A DNA stretch of 64,000 nt from an uncultured Verrucomicrobia subdivision 3 bacterium (GTDB lineage Bacteria; Verrucomicrobiota; Verrucomicrobiia; Limisphaerales; UBA11358): contig CAISEZ010000090.1 of the NCBI GenBank assembly GCA_903884535.1, forward strand, positions 1,953-65,952. The letters are read 5' to 3'. Within the stretch, counting starts at the first letter, position 1. Every line of letters starts with the position of its first letter. Position numbers and translations under genes: made by a program. Of the stretch, positions 26,747 to 34,706 are shown in pieces. The notes under the pieces are model-generated. The model searched no databases and was not told where the DNA came from. It saw only the letters and a program-made list of their open reading frames with translations.

Positions 26747-27120
26747 GCAGCCTATCAGTCTGTTAGGCGGCATAGAGCTACAATCTATAAGGTTGCTTGA
26801 CATAATTCATAGCCCACCAAATCCACGGCAAGCCATTAACAATCAAACCCAACAACGAAATAATCAATAATCTCTCGCGTCGCACAAGCGATAAAACTGC
26901 AAATAAAACACCCAAAGCAGCAAAGAAGAGAAAAACATAGATGCCAAAAATGGTGCCGAACACTGGGCCGAATCCGAAATAGCATGGTATCGCCAAAAGA
27001 ACTCCGATGCCTGTAAAAAACAACGATGTGATATTCCAGTCTGGCTTATTGCGATGGGATGACATAATGCCGCCTAACAGTTAAGTAGGCCGCAGTTTTT
27101 GTGGCCTATCCTTTTTCATG
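26747..27120 (-). mobile_element. Inverted-repeat-bounded single-ORF unit with attC-like heptamers (second copy of the framing motif)
   Basis: Perfect IR ctgttaggcggcat (26760-26773) / atgccgcctaacag (27067-27080). On the gene strand the layout is: CATGAAAAAGGATAGGCCACAAAAACTGCGGCCTACTTAACTGTTAGGC-GGCATT-ATG...TAG-CTCTATGCC-GCCTAAC-AGACT-GATAGGCTGC. Confidence 0.45.
26778..27065 (-). CDS. Small hydrophobic membrane protein (95 aa, three predicted TM); cargo of a cassette-like unit
   Basis: AT-richer ORF flanked by a perfect 14-bp inverted repeat. No family recognised. Confidence 0.45.
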   Translation of the reverse strand: MSSHRNKPDWNITSLFFTGIGVLLAIPCYFGFGPVFGTIFGIYVFLFFAALGVLFAVLSLVRRERLLIISLLGLIVNGLPWIWWAMNYVKQPYRL

Positions 27121-27242
27121 AATTTGAGGTTGCGCTGGACGCAAATCGTTGTCGAGCAATTTTATTTGCGGATCATGACGGCCGAATTCATTTCAGCAAA
27201 GACTGCAAATTTGCATCCGTCGCCGCGCAATGTGCTTTCGAC

Positions 27243-28142
27243 TCACGACCAAAGTTTGTCCGGATATTTTCTCTGCGCGATGAGCTGGCGAATGCTCTCC
27301 ACCACTTGCGGCCGGTCTTCGCGGTAGGTCACACCAAACCACGAGTCGGACGAGCGCAGCACTTTGCACTTGGCCTGGCCGCTGGTCACAAGGTCGCCCA
27401 CCGTGGCGGGAATGTAGCACTCGGATTTTTGTTCGCCGCCCGCGCGTTTGAGAAATTTTTCAAACTCCACCCGGAGCTGCGGGAAGATCGCCGGCGTGAA
27501 GCCCCAGAAATTCATCGAGACGGCTTCGTCGCCGCTGAGCTGGGTGAGCTTGCCATCGGCCTCGGTGTTTTTCGCGCCGGAGCCATCCGGTTCGATCTTC
27601 ATCATCTCGACGATGTGCGTGAGATAATTATTGGCGTCCACCCGCGACACGCCGCGCGCCACGCTGCCGTGGGCGGACAAAGTGTTTTTCAAAATGAAAC
27701 CGACCATCGCGTAATCCGGCGTGCCGGAAGTGAGATGTTGGACAAGAACTTTGTAAGCTTCCTGACCGTAAAAATCATCGGCATTGATCGCGGCGAACGG
27801 TTCGTGGATGACGCCGTCGGCCATCAAAATGGCGTGCGTGGTGCCCCACGGCTTGGTGCGACCGGCGGGCAGGGAATAGCCGGCGGGCAGTTTGTCGAGT
27901 TCCTGAAAAACGTATTCGACGGGCGCGTGCTTTTCAAAACGGGCGCCGACGATTTCGCGGAATTGCTGCTCGATGTCCTTGCGGATCACAAAGACGAGCT
28001 TGCCGAAACCGGCGCGCAACGCGTCGTAAATGGAATAATCAATAATGGTCTCGCCGGCGGGGCCGACGGGATCAATTTGTTTGAGGCCGCCGTAGCGGCT
28101 GCCCATGCCGGCGGCGAGAACGAGCAAAGTCGGTTTTGTCAT
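27243..28142 (-). CDS. Sugar-phosphate nucleotidyltransferase (NTP_transferase fold)
   Basis: 299 aa. N-terminal LLVLAAGMGSRYGGLKQ signature (G-x-G-(S/T)-R). Divergent from the gme operon. Confidence 0.7.
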   Translation of the reverse strand: MTKPTLLVLAAGMGSRYGGLKQIDPVGPAGETIIDYSIYDALRAGFGKLVFVIRKDIEQQFREIVGARFEKHAPVEYVFQELDKLPAGYSLPAGRTKPWGTTHAILMADGVIHEPFAAINADDFYGQEAYKVLVQHLTSGTPDYAMVGFILKNTLSAHGSVARGVSRVDANNYLTHIVEMMKIEPDGSGAKNTEADGKLTQLSGDEAVSMNFWGFTPAIFPQLRVEFEKFLKRAGGEQKSECYIPATVGDLVTSGQAKCKVLRSSDSWFGVTYREDRPQVVESIRQLIAQRKYPDKLWS

Positions 28143-28281
28143 GCGCGGAAATTTTAATTTTTTTGGCGCGGTTGTCGAGCGTTCTGCGCGGCGAATTGCG
28201 TCAACCGAGCGCGCCGTTTAAGTTTCGACTTTGACAAAAATTGAGATGGCGACGGCCGGGCGGTCTTGGTTAAACTTGAAC

Positions 28282-29331
28282 ATGCAACACACCAAACGAA
28301 TTGTGGAAAAAGGCCCGGCCACCAAGAAAGATGATCTGATCGTCATCACCGGCGCGGGCGGTTTTATCGGCGGCAACCTTGCGCTGCACTTCAAGAAAAA
28401 GGGCTTCACCAACATCCGCGCGGTGGACAAGAAGCCGCTTTACGAATGGTATCTGCACGTTCCCGGCGTCGAGAACATTTGCCTCGACGTGAGCAACGAG
28501 GCCAACTGCCATCGCGTGTGCGAAGGCGCGGTGGAAGTTTACAACCTCGCCGCCGACATGGGCGGCATGGGTTTCATCGAACGTTTCCGCGTGGAATGCT
28601 TGCGCTCGATTTTGATCAACACGCACATGGTCGAGGCGGCTTACAAGGCCGGCGCGCGCCGGTATTTTTATTCGTCGTCGGCGTGCGCTTACAACACGCT
28701 GCTACAAAAAGATCCGAAGGTCCGCGCGCTCAAGGAATCCGACGCGTATCCCGCGATGGCCGAACGCGGCTATGGCTGGGAGAAATTGATCTCCGAAATG
28801 TTCTGCGAAGAATATTGGCACGAACGCGGCATGAAGACGTTTATTGCGCGTTTCCACAATGTTTACGGCCCGAACGGCACCTGGGACGGCGGCCGCGAAA
28901 AAGCGCCCGCCGCGATGTGCCGCAAAATGATCGAGGCGATTGATAAGAAAGATTTGAAGATCAACATCTGGGGCAACGGCGAGCAGACCCGCAGCTTCAT
29001 GTATATTGACGACTGCGTGAAGGGCATCGACATGATCACGCATTGCGACGACCTCATCGCCACGCCGATCAACCTCGGTTCGAGCGAACTGGTTTCCATC
29101 AATACTCTCGTCAGCAAGGTGGAAAAAATCGCCGGCAAAAAACTGGAGCGCTCCTATAATTTGAACGCGCCGCAGGGCGTGGCCGGGCGCAATTCGGACA
29201 ACACCTTTATCAAAAAAGTTCTCGGCTGGGAACCCAGCACGCCGTTGGACAAAGGTCTGGCGGTCACTTACAAGTGGATTGCCGAGCAGCATCACGCCCG
29301 CAAGGCCGGCAAACGCATCGGCATCGGCTGA
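28282..29331 (+). CDS. gme: GDP-mannose 3,5-epimerase (SDR family)
   Basis: Long colinear motif matches to plant/bacterial GME as I remember it: ITGAGGFIG, NLAADMGGMGFI, SSACAYN, KESDAYPA, RFHNVYGPNGTWDGGREKAPAAMCRK, WGNGEQTRSFMYIDDCV, GVAGRNSDN. The start is uncertain (28246 or 28282). Confidence 0.85.
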   Translation: MQHTKRIVEKGPATKKDDLIVITGAGGFIGGNLALHFKKKGFTNIRAVDKKPLYEWYLHVPGVENICLDVSNEANCHRVCEGAVEVYNLAADMGGMGFIERFRVECLRSILINTHMVEAAYKAGARRYFYSSSACAYNTLLQKDPKVRALKESDAYPAMAERGYGWEKLISEMFCEEYWHERGMKTFIARFHNVYGPNGTWDGGREKAPAAMCRKMIEAIDKKDLKINIWGNGEQTRSFMYIDDCVKGIDMITHCDDLIATPINLGSSELVSINTLVSKVEKIAGKKLERSYNLNAPQGVAGRNSDNTFIKKVLGWEPSTPLDKGLAVTYKWIAEQHHARKAGKRIGIG

Positions 29332-29927
29332 TGAAAACCAAAACAGAACCGGAGCAATTATTTCAAGCTGCAGCACGAAATGACGCAGCGGGTGTGAAGG
29401 AAATGATTGCTGCCGGTGCTGACCCAAATTCCGTATCTGAAAAGTTTGGACACACTCCGCTATACAACGCGTGTATTTCTGGAGCGGCAGATTCGGCTAG
29501 TGCTTTAATCGCAGCTGGTGCTAACCCGAACTTGCGTTTCACCTATCGCTCGCCGGTTGATGGAAGGGTTGAAGCGGACATTGTCGCTTTGACTCACGCA
29601 AGGACGGCAGAGGTTGCAAAAATTCTGATTGCGGCGGGTGCTGATGTAAATGCGCCCGATGCAAATGGCACAACTCCGTTGATGCGCGCAGCATTCAACG
29701 GGAAGTTGGAAATTGTTGAGGCATTATTGCAAGCCGGAGCATCATCGCTGGTTAGACAGATTAAGCGCGCCAGAAAGAAATCACACACCGCCAGAGAATT
29801 AACTGAGTCAAAAATCCAGTTCTTTACAGAAATTATGGACGATTCAAATCGAGCGACCGTGGGAAAACGATTAACCGAATATCGAGAAGTTCAAAAACGA
29901 CTTATGGAAGCCGAACGTGAAAAATAA
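29331..29927 (+). CDS. Ankyrin-repeat protein
   Basis: 198 aa. At least three ANK units (GADPNS...TPLYNA; GANPN; GADVNAPDANGTTPLMRAAFNGKLEIVEALLQAGA). The ATG overlaps the gme stop (TGATG). GC is visibly lower than the neighbours. Confidence 0.75.
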   Translation: MKTKTEPEQLFQAAARNDAAGVKEMIAAGADPNSVSEKFGHTPLYNACISGAADSASALIAAGANPNLRFTYRSPVDGRVEADIVALTHARTAEVAKILIAAGADVNAPDANGTTPLMRAAFNGKLEIVEALLQAGASSLVRQIKRARKKSHTARELTESKIQFFTEIMDDSNRATVGKRLTEYREVQKRLMEAEREK

Positions 29928-30717
29928 ACTTTCGCCGGTCGAAAAACTTCTCGGTTCCATTCCTAACCGCCTGCAGCTTGCCGGCGGTTGGATTGACCAG
30001 CCGTTCGTTTCGCAGCACAACCCGAAGCCGCCCGGTTCAATGGTCGTAGTGCAAATCGAACCGGATTTCCGGCCGATGGATCGTTCCGGCATTGCCAGCG
30101 GCACGCGCGCGGTGGCGATGAAGCTCTGGAAAGGAAAATTACCGAACCGGCCGCCGGCGGAACTGGCGCGCGAACTTTACGAAGTCGAAAACAAAGGCAA
30201 GGCCGAGCCGAGCGGTTCGCAGGACATGATCGGGCTGGTTTATCCGGGCGTGAACCGGCTGGATTACGATTTCAAAATTCACGGCGGCATTTTTCCGGCA
30301 CACATCGAATCACTGAACTCGGCGAAGCACGCGCGCTGGCTGGAAAAAGTGCTGCACCTGCTGCCGATTGAACCGCGTCCGGACGGCTACAGTCCGCTTG
30401 GCATCAAAAATCTGGCGCCAAAATGGGTGGCTCGCCTCGGCCAGAGCGGAACTGATTGCTTTGCAGTGATCAAGAAAATGGACGTGAATGCGCTCGGGGC
30501 ATCGTTCAATGAAACCATGTTGTGCTGGGAAAAACTGTTGCCGCACGTCGTAGCACATCCGCTGATCAAGTTGGATTTGAAGGCGATTTTGAGAGTTTAT
30601 CAAAAGAATTTCCCGGGCGCGATGTTCTCCGGCTGCGGTGGCGGGTATCTGCTCGTCGCGTCGAAGGAAAAAGTCCCGGGCGCGTTGCAAGTCACCGTGC
30701 GCACCACCGCCCCATGA
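29917..30717 (+). CDS. GHMP-family sugar kinase-like protein (fucokinase/HddA subfamily pattern) with an atypical motif II
   Basis: 266 aa. RLQLAGGWIDQP (compare R-x-x-x-x-GGGTD), SGIASGTRAVA in place of GSGLGSSSA, GSQDMIG (compare GxQDQ), GCGGGYLLV (compare GAGGGGF). GTG start overlaps the ankyrin gene by 11 nt. Confidence 0.55.
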   Translation: MKNKLSPVEKLLGSIPNRLQLAGGWIDQPFVSQHNPKPPGSMVVVQIEPDFRPMDRSGIASGTRAVAMKLWKGKLPNRPPAELARELYEVENKGKAEPSGSQDMIGLVYPGVNRLDYDFKIHGGIFPAHIESLNSAKHARWLEKVLHLLPIEPRPDGYSPLGIKNLAPKWVARLGQSGTDCFAVIKKMDVNALGASFNETMLCWEKLLPHVVAHPLIKLDLKAILRVYQKNFPGAMFSGCGGGYLLVASKEKVPGALQVTVRTTAP

Positions 30718-31532
30718 GTTTGCCCAAACAAGTCGTCGTCAGTGGCGGTTTTGATGATCTCAAGTCGGGCGACCTGCGATTTCTCGAAGAGGCGGCGAAG
30801 CTCGGCGAATTGACCGTGCTGCTCTGGCCGGACCAAACTATTCAAAAACTCACCGGCAAGCCGCCTAAGTTTCCGCTCGCCGAGCGAAAATATTTTCTCA
30901 ATGCGGTGCGTTATGTCGGCCACGTCGCGGAGGCGGAGGCGTCCGCTGATTTCAATTCTTTACCGAAAATTTTTCACGCGCATATTTGGGCGGACGGCGA
31001 AACCACGGCCAACGAAGCGCGCCAAAAATTCGCCGCCGAAAACAAAATCGTCCGCCGCGTTTTTTCAACGAATGAGCTGAATAGTTTTCCCGAACCGCCG
31101 ACGATGCTGTCCGCGCCGGACCGGAAAAAAGTTGTCGTGACCGGAAGTTTCGACTGGTTTCACTCCGGTCATGTCCGCTTTCTCGAAGAAGTGAGCACCC
31201 TTGGCGATTTGTTTGTGGTCGTCGGCCACGATGCGAACATTCGTTTGCTGAAAGGGCAGGGGCATCCGCTTTTGCCGGAAGCTGAGCGCCGCTACGTCGT
31301 CGGCTCGATCAAGTTTGTAAAACAGGTGTTGGTTTCCAGCGGCGACGGCTGGCTGGACGCGGATCCGGAAATAAAAAAAATCCAGCCGGACATTTACGCG
31401 GTGAACGAGGACGGCGACAAGGGCGGCAAACGCGAGTATTGCGAAAAGCTCGGCATTGAATACCTCGTGCTGAAACGCACGCCCGCGCCGGGTTTGCCGG
31501 CGCGTTCCAGCACCAACTTGCGTGGTTTTTAG
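30714..31532 (+). CDS. Tandem cytidylyltransferase-like (HxGH nucleotidyltransferase) protein: degenerate N-terminal domain plus an intact C-terminal domain
   Basis: 272 aa. Domain 1 is VVVSGGFDDLKSGDLRFLEEA, where the HxGH histidines are replaced. Domain 2 is VVVTGSFDWFHSGHVRFLEEV, with HxGH intact. ATGA overlap with the upstream gene. Confidence 0.75.
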   Translation: MSLPKQVVVSGGFDDLKSGDLRFLEEAAKLGELTVLLWPDQTIQKLTGKPPKFPLAERKYFLNAVRYVGHVAEAEASADFNSLPKIFHAHIWADGETTANEARQKFAAENKIVRRVFSTNELNSFPEPPTMLSAPDRKKVVVTGSFDWFHSGHVRFLEEVSTLGDLFVVVGHDANIRLLKGQGHPLLPEAERRYVVGSIKFVKQVLVSSGDGWLDADPEIKKIQPDIYAVNEDGDKGGKREYCEKLGIEYLVLKRTPAPGLPARSSTNLRGF

Positions 31533-31744
31533 GGGAAGGCTCCGGGGAAATGGCCAAAGACCTGTCAAACACCTAAAAATCATTAAAATTGCGGGACGGG
31601 ACACTGAAACGCTCTTGGGACGATTTTATTGGAAATTTTAGCTTGAAACAAATTGTCAAGTACGCGAAATTTGCGGAAGAAATATTCCATTCAGGCCAAA
31701 GTGGTAGGAATAGATTTAATTTGTGGTGCTGAACCAGTTGCTAA

Positions 31745-32428
31745 ATGAAAACAATTAAGCTGACAATTTTTGCCGCCGCCATGCTGGTGGCCGCACTGGC
31801 CCAGGGGCAAGCCACGGTTGGTTTCACCAACACCGTCAACGCGGTGGTGCCGGACGCCAATCCCACCGGTCTGACCGTTTCTCAAAGCTTGTCGGCTGTG
31901 CCGGGGACAATCACCAACGTTACGGTTACGTTGGACATCACCGGTGGTTTCAATGGCGATTTGTATGCCTACCTGGTGGATCCGAACGGGAACATCTCCA
32001 TTTTGTTGAACCGTGTCGGCGTGACGGCGGTTGGCGGTAATAACTATTTTGGCTACGGCAACACGGGTTTCGATGTTGTATTGAGCGAGGCGGGTTCATC
32101 CAATATTCACAACTATCAGTCAGGAAGTTACTCGGTGAACGGCGGCGGACAGCTTACGGGAACTTGGCTGCCAGATGGCCGAAACATTCTTCCAAATTCA
32201 GCTCCCAGCGTGTTTGACTCGGCCTCGACTTCAGCGGATTTGAGCGTTTTCAACAACATGGTTCCCAATGGCACTTGGACGTTGTTCATAGCCGACTTGT
32301 CCGCCGGTGGAACTTCTACTTTGGTCAGCTGGGGCTTGACGGTCGTCACCGTGCCGGAACCGCAGACGTGGGCGCTGGTTGCGGGCGGACTCGGCACGCT
32401 GCTGGCCTTGCGCCGCCGGTCGCGCTAA
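31745..32428 (+). CDS. PEP-CTERM-anchored protein with a proprotein-convertase P-domain-like module
   Basis: 227 aa with a signal peptide. I(T/P)D...ITNVTVTLDITGGFNGDLYAYLVDPNGNISILLNRVG is the P-domain pattern. C-terminal VPEPQTWALVAGGLGTLLALRRRSR. Confidence 0.8.
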   Translation: MKTIKLTIFAAAMLVAALAQGQATVGFTNTVNAVVPDANPTGLTVSQSLSAVPGTITNVTVTLDITGGFNGDLYAYLVDPNGNISILLNRVGVTAVGGNNYFGYGNTGFDVVLSEAGSSNIHNYQSGSYSVNGGGQLTGTWLPDGRNILPNSAPSVFDSASTSADLSVFNNMVPNGTWTLFIADLSAGGTSTLVSWGLTVVTVPEPQTWALVAGGLGTLLALRRRSR

Positions 32429-32466
32429 ATCAGTTCGTCGGTTTTCTGCGGTGCTTTCCTGATTTG

Positions 32467-32484
32467 GCTGGCGGAGTCGCCAGC
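32467..32484. terminator. Hairpin between convergent genes (possible bidirectional terminator, weak U-tract)
   Basis: GCTGGCG-GAGT-CGCCAGC, a perfect 7-bp stem. Confidence 0.35.
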
Positions 32485-33360
32485 TTAATTCACAAATTTC
32501 TCCTCTTTCAGCCAAAATAAACATTCATTCGCCCACGGATGCGGATTGGCGAACGGCGGTTTGTCTTTCAGTCCCATGCCGTGACCGCCTTTTTGATAAA
32601 TGTGCAACGCGAAAGGGACCTGATTTTTCCGCAGCGCTTCGGCAAAGAGCATCGTATTTTCCATCGGCACGGTTTTGTCCTCAAACGTTGTCCATAGAAA
32701 ACACGGCGGGGTATTGGTCGTCACCTGCAATTCATTGGAAAGCAGGTTGACCAATTCAGGTGACGGATTTTTGCCGAGCAGATTATCGTGCGAACCTTTG
32801 TGCGCGAATTCGCCCATTGAAATTACCGCATAGCAAAGGATGCCCAAATCTGGGCGCGAACTTTGCCGCTCAATCACATCGATCGCGTTCGTATCACCCG
32901 CATCAAAATGCGTCATCAGCGTTGCCGCCAGATGGCCGCCCGCCGAGGAACCCATGATGCCGACGCGCTGCGTATCAATGTTCCATGCGGCCGCGTGGGC
33001 GCGCACCAGGCGCACGGCGCGGGCGGCGTCATTGAGCATCGCCGGATGATGATAGCCGCTGGAACCCAGCCGGTATTTCAGGACAAAACAGGTGACGCCC
33101 TGCTGGTTCAGCCAGAGCGCGTAATCGTTGCCTTCGTGCGGTGCAAGGTGTGCGTAACCGCCGCCCGGACAAATCACCATGGCCGCACCGGTGGCGTTGG
33201 TCGCATCGGGAAAATACGGCGTGAGCGTGGGAATGTCGGTGGCGTTGGTGCCGAGCGCGCCAGGCGCGCCGTCGGGCCAGAGGGGAATGGCGGATTTCAT
33301 TTCAGCGCGGGATACAATGAGCGACAACAATAAAATTGCCGAGACAAAAATCGGTTTCAT
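32485..33360 (-). CDS. Secreted alpha/beta hydrolase (esterase/lipase, BD-FAE-like)
   Basis: Signal peptide MKPIFVSAILLLSLIVSRA. Oxyanion GGGY and nucleophile elbow GSSAGG. The ATG at 33360 is preferred over the track start at 33444. Confidence 0.75.
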   Translation of the reverse strand: MKPIFVSAILLLSLIVSRAEMKSAIPLWPDGAPGALGTNATDIPTLTPYFPDATNATGAAMVICPGGGYAHLAPHEGNDYALWLNQQGVTCFVLKYRLGSSGYHHPAMLNDAARAVRLVRAHAAAWNIDTQRVGIMGSSAGGHLAATLMTHFDAGDTNAIDVIERQSSRPDLGILCYAVISMGEFAHKGSHDNLLGKNPSPELVNLLSNELQVTTNTPPCFLWTTFEDKTVPMENTMLFAEALRKNQVPFALHIYQKGGHGMGLKDKPPFANPHPWANECLFWLKEEKFVN

Positions 33361-33457
33361 GACTTGGGTGGACGAATGCTCGCGGAATTCTAAACTCAAT
33401 TCAACCCCAACTTCGCCGCAGGTTTGACAGCGACCGATCCTCATCAGTTTTCAATCC

Positions 33458-33612
33458 GTGTTTGAACTTGTGTCAGATTACGCGTCCGCAGGCGATTGAG
33501 AAGTTAATCGCAGGTATTTTGGCCGGCGCGAAAAATCAGACGTTGCGCGGCGTCACCGGTTCAGGCAAGTCAGTCAGCGTCGCCAACGTCATCAAAAACA
33601 CCGGTAAGCCAC
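33458..33612 (+). pseudogene. uvrB: Frameshifted relic of the uvrB 5' end (codons 1 to ~56)
   Basis: GTGTTTGAACTTGTGTCAGATTACGCG... aligns with 37926-38095. It encodes FELVSDYA, then after a net 14-nt deletion PQAIEKLIAGILAGAKNQTLRGVTGSGKSVSVANVIKNTGKP. Similarity ends abruptly at 33612. Confidence 0.8.
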
Positions 33613-33656
33613 ATACACCGTTGTTTGAGAAGCCCATCAACCCGTGGCGTTACTGG

Positions 33657-34679
33657 CTAAAACGTGAAACTCAATCCGGTTGTAGCATAGATGGCCTGGC
33701 TGAAATCTAACTCGACAGCGGAGCCGCCGGCGGACTGATTGACGGTATCGGTCATGGGTTGGTATTGCACACCGGCAAAAACACGCCAGGACGGCGACAG
33801 CGCATAACTGATTGCGCCGCGAACGTAGGGACCAAAAATCGCGTCGGTGCCGCCGCCGCTCCCCGAGCGGGTTTCGGAGATGCCACTGACAGTCAGCGTT
33901 TCCGAGTAGCGGAATTGGTTGTCCACCACGGCCACAGCCAGACCCGTTGCCAGTTCCAAATGCACTTTCTTGCCCGCCGGCAGTGTGAACACCGGGCCGA
34001 GGCGGAAACAATAGATGTCTGCATCGGTGCTGCGTGAACCGGATATCGAACCCGATGCGAGAGAAGTGGCACGAGTCGGGGTTGCCCCGAGCAGGGCACC
34101 GGGACCAGAGAAGGTTCCGCCGTATGGCGCAAAGGGCGGAATAACCGCGCCGAGCGGGAACGAGTCGGTGGTAACCGTCGCGCTCACCGGATGGGAGGAA
34201 TTATCCGTAACCTCCAGACGATTGTAGCCGAAAGCAAGTTCAACGGAGAAGTATCCCGGGCCGCAGTCAACCAGCCGCCGCAGGTAGGAAAGTTCAAAGC
34301 CGTAGTTCGGGTCATCACTTGCCGCCGGCGAGGACTCTTTATTCACCGACAGATTATGCATGTTGATGGTCGAGGCGGTTGCATTGTATTGCGCGTTGTT
34401 CTGGTAGCCCCAGTTCCATGTTTGATTACCGGAGTTTCCGCTCGAGTCCACGTGCACATAGCCATCCGGGTAATTGCGATCCACCAGCGGCCCCGCAGCC
34501 GGCGAGGTGGCCGGTGGAGACCCCTGCAAACGGAGAAACTTTGCCGTGACGTTAAAACCGAAACTCGGACCAAGCCGGAACTCGTTCATCGGAGTCTGGT
34601 CTGCTTCCGCGGCTGGCAAATTTGCGCCCGCAGTGAGAGCGATGATGGAACTGATGCTTTTCAGAAACAAAGTTTTCAT
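33657..34679 (-). CDS. Putative outer-membrane beta-barrel protein
   Basis: 340 aa with a signal peptide. Alternating-hydrophobic strand pattern, Gly/Ser/Thr-rich loops, and C-terminal ...TTGLSFTF with a terminal Phe. Confidence 0.55.
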   Translation of the reverse strand: MKTLFLKSISSIIALTAGANLPAAEADQTPMNEFRLGPSFGFNVTAKFLRLQGSPPATSPAAGPLVDRNYPDGYVHVDSSGNSGNQTWNWGYQNNAQYNATASTINMHNLSVNKESSPAASDDPNYGFELSYLRRLVDCGPGYFSVELAFGYNRLEVTDNSSHPVSATVTTDSFPLGAVIPPFAPYGGTFSGPGALLGATPTRATSLASGSISGSRSTDADIYCFRLGPVFTLPAGKKVHLELATGLAVAVVDNQFRYSETLTVSGISETRSGSGGGTDAIFGPYVRGAISYALSPSWRVFAGVQYQPMTDTVNQSAGGSAVELDFSQAIYATTGLSFTF

Positions 34680-34706
34680 AGTTGTGTGCGGTTTAAGGGT
34701 TCAGGT

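Noticed and set aside
10450-27240. A complete integron (intI plus attI plus cassette array) to go with the attC-like motifs
   Set aside because: No tyrosine-recombinase-like ORF is present anywhere in the window, and the two boxed ORFs are 16 kb apart. Only isolated cassette-like units can be claimed, and tentatively.
33462-33710. 82-aa ORF in the track (MNLCQITRPQAIEKLIAGILAGAKNQTLRGVTGSGK...) that could be annotated as a small ATP-binding protein
   Set aside because: It is the frameshifted relic of the uvrB 5' end read in the shifted frame, running on into unrelated sequence that overlaps the convergent barrel gene. I treat it as a pseudogene fragment.
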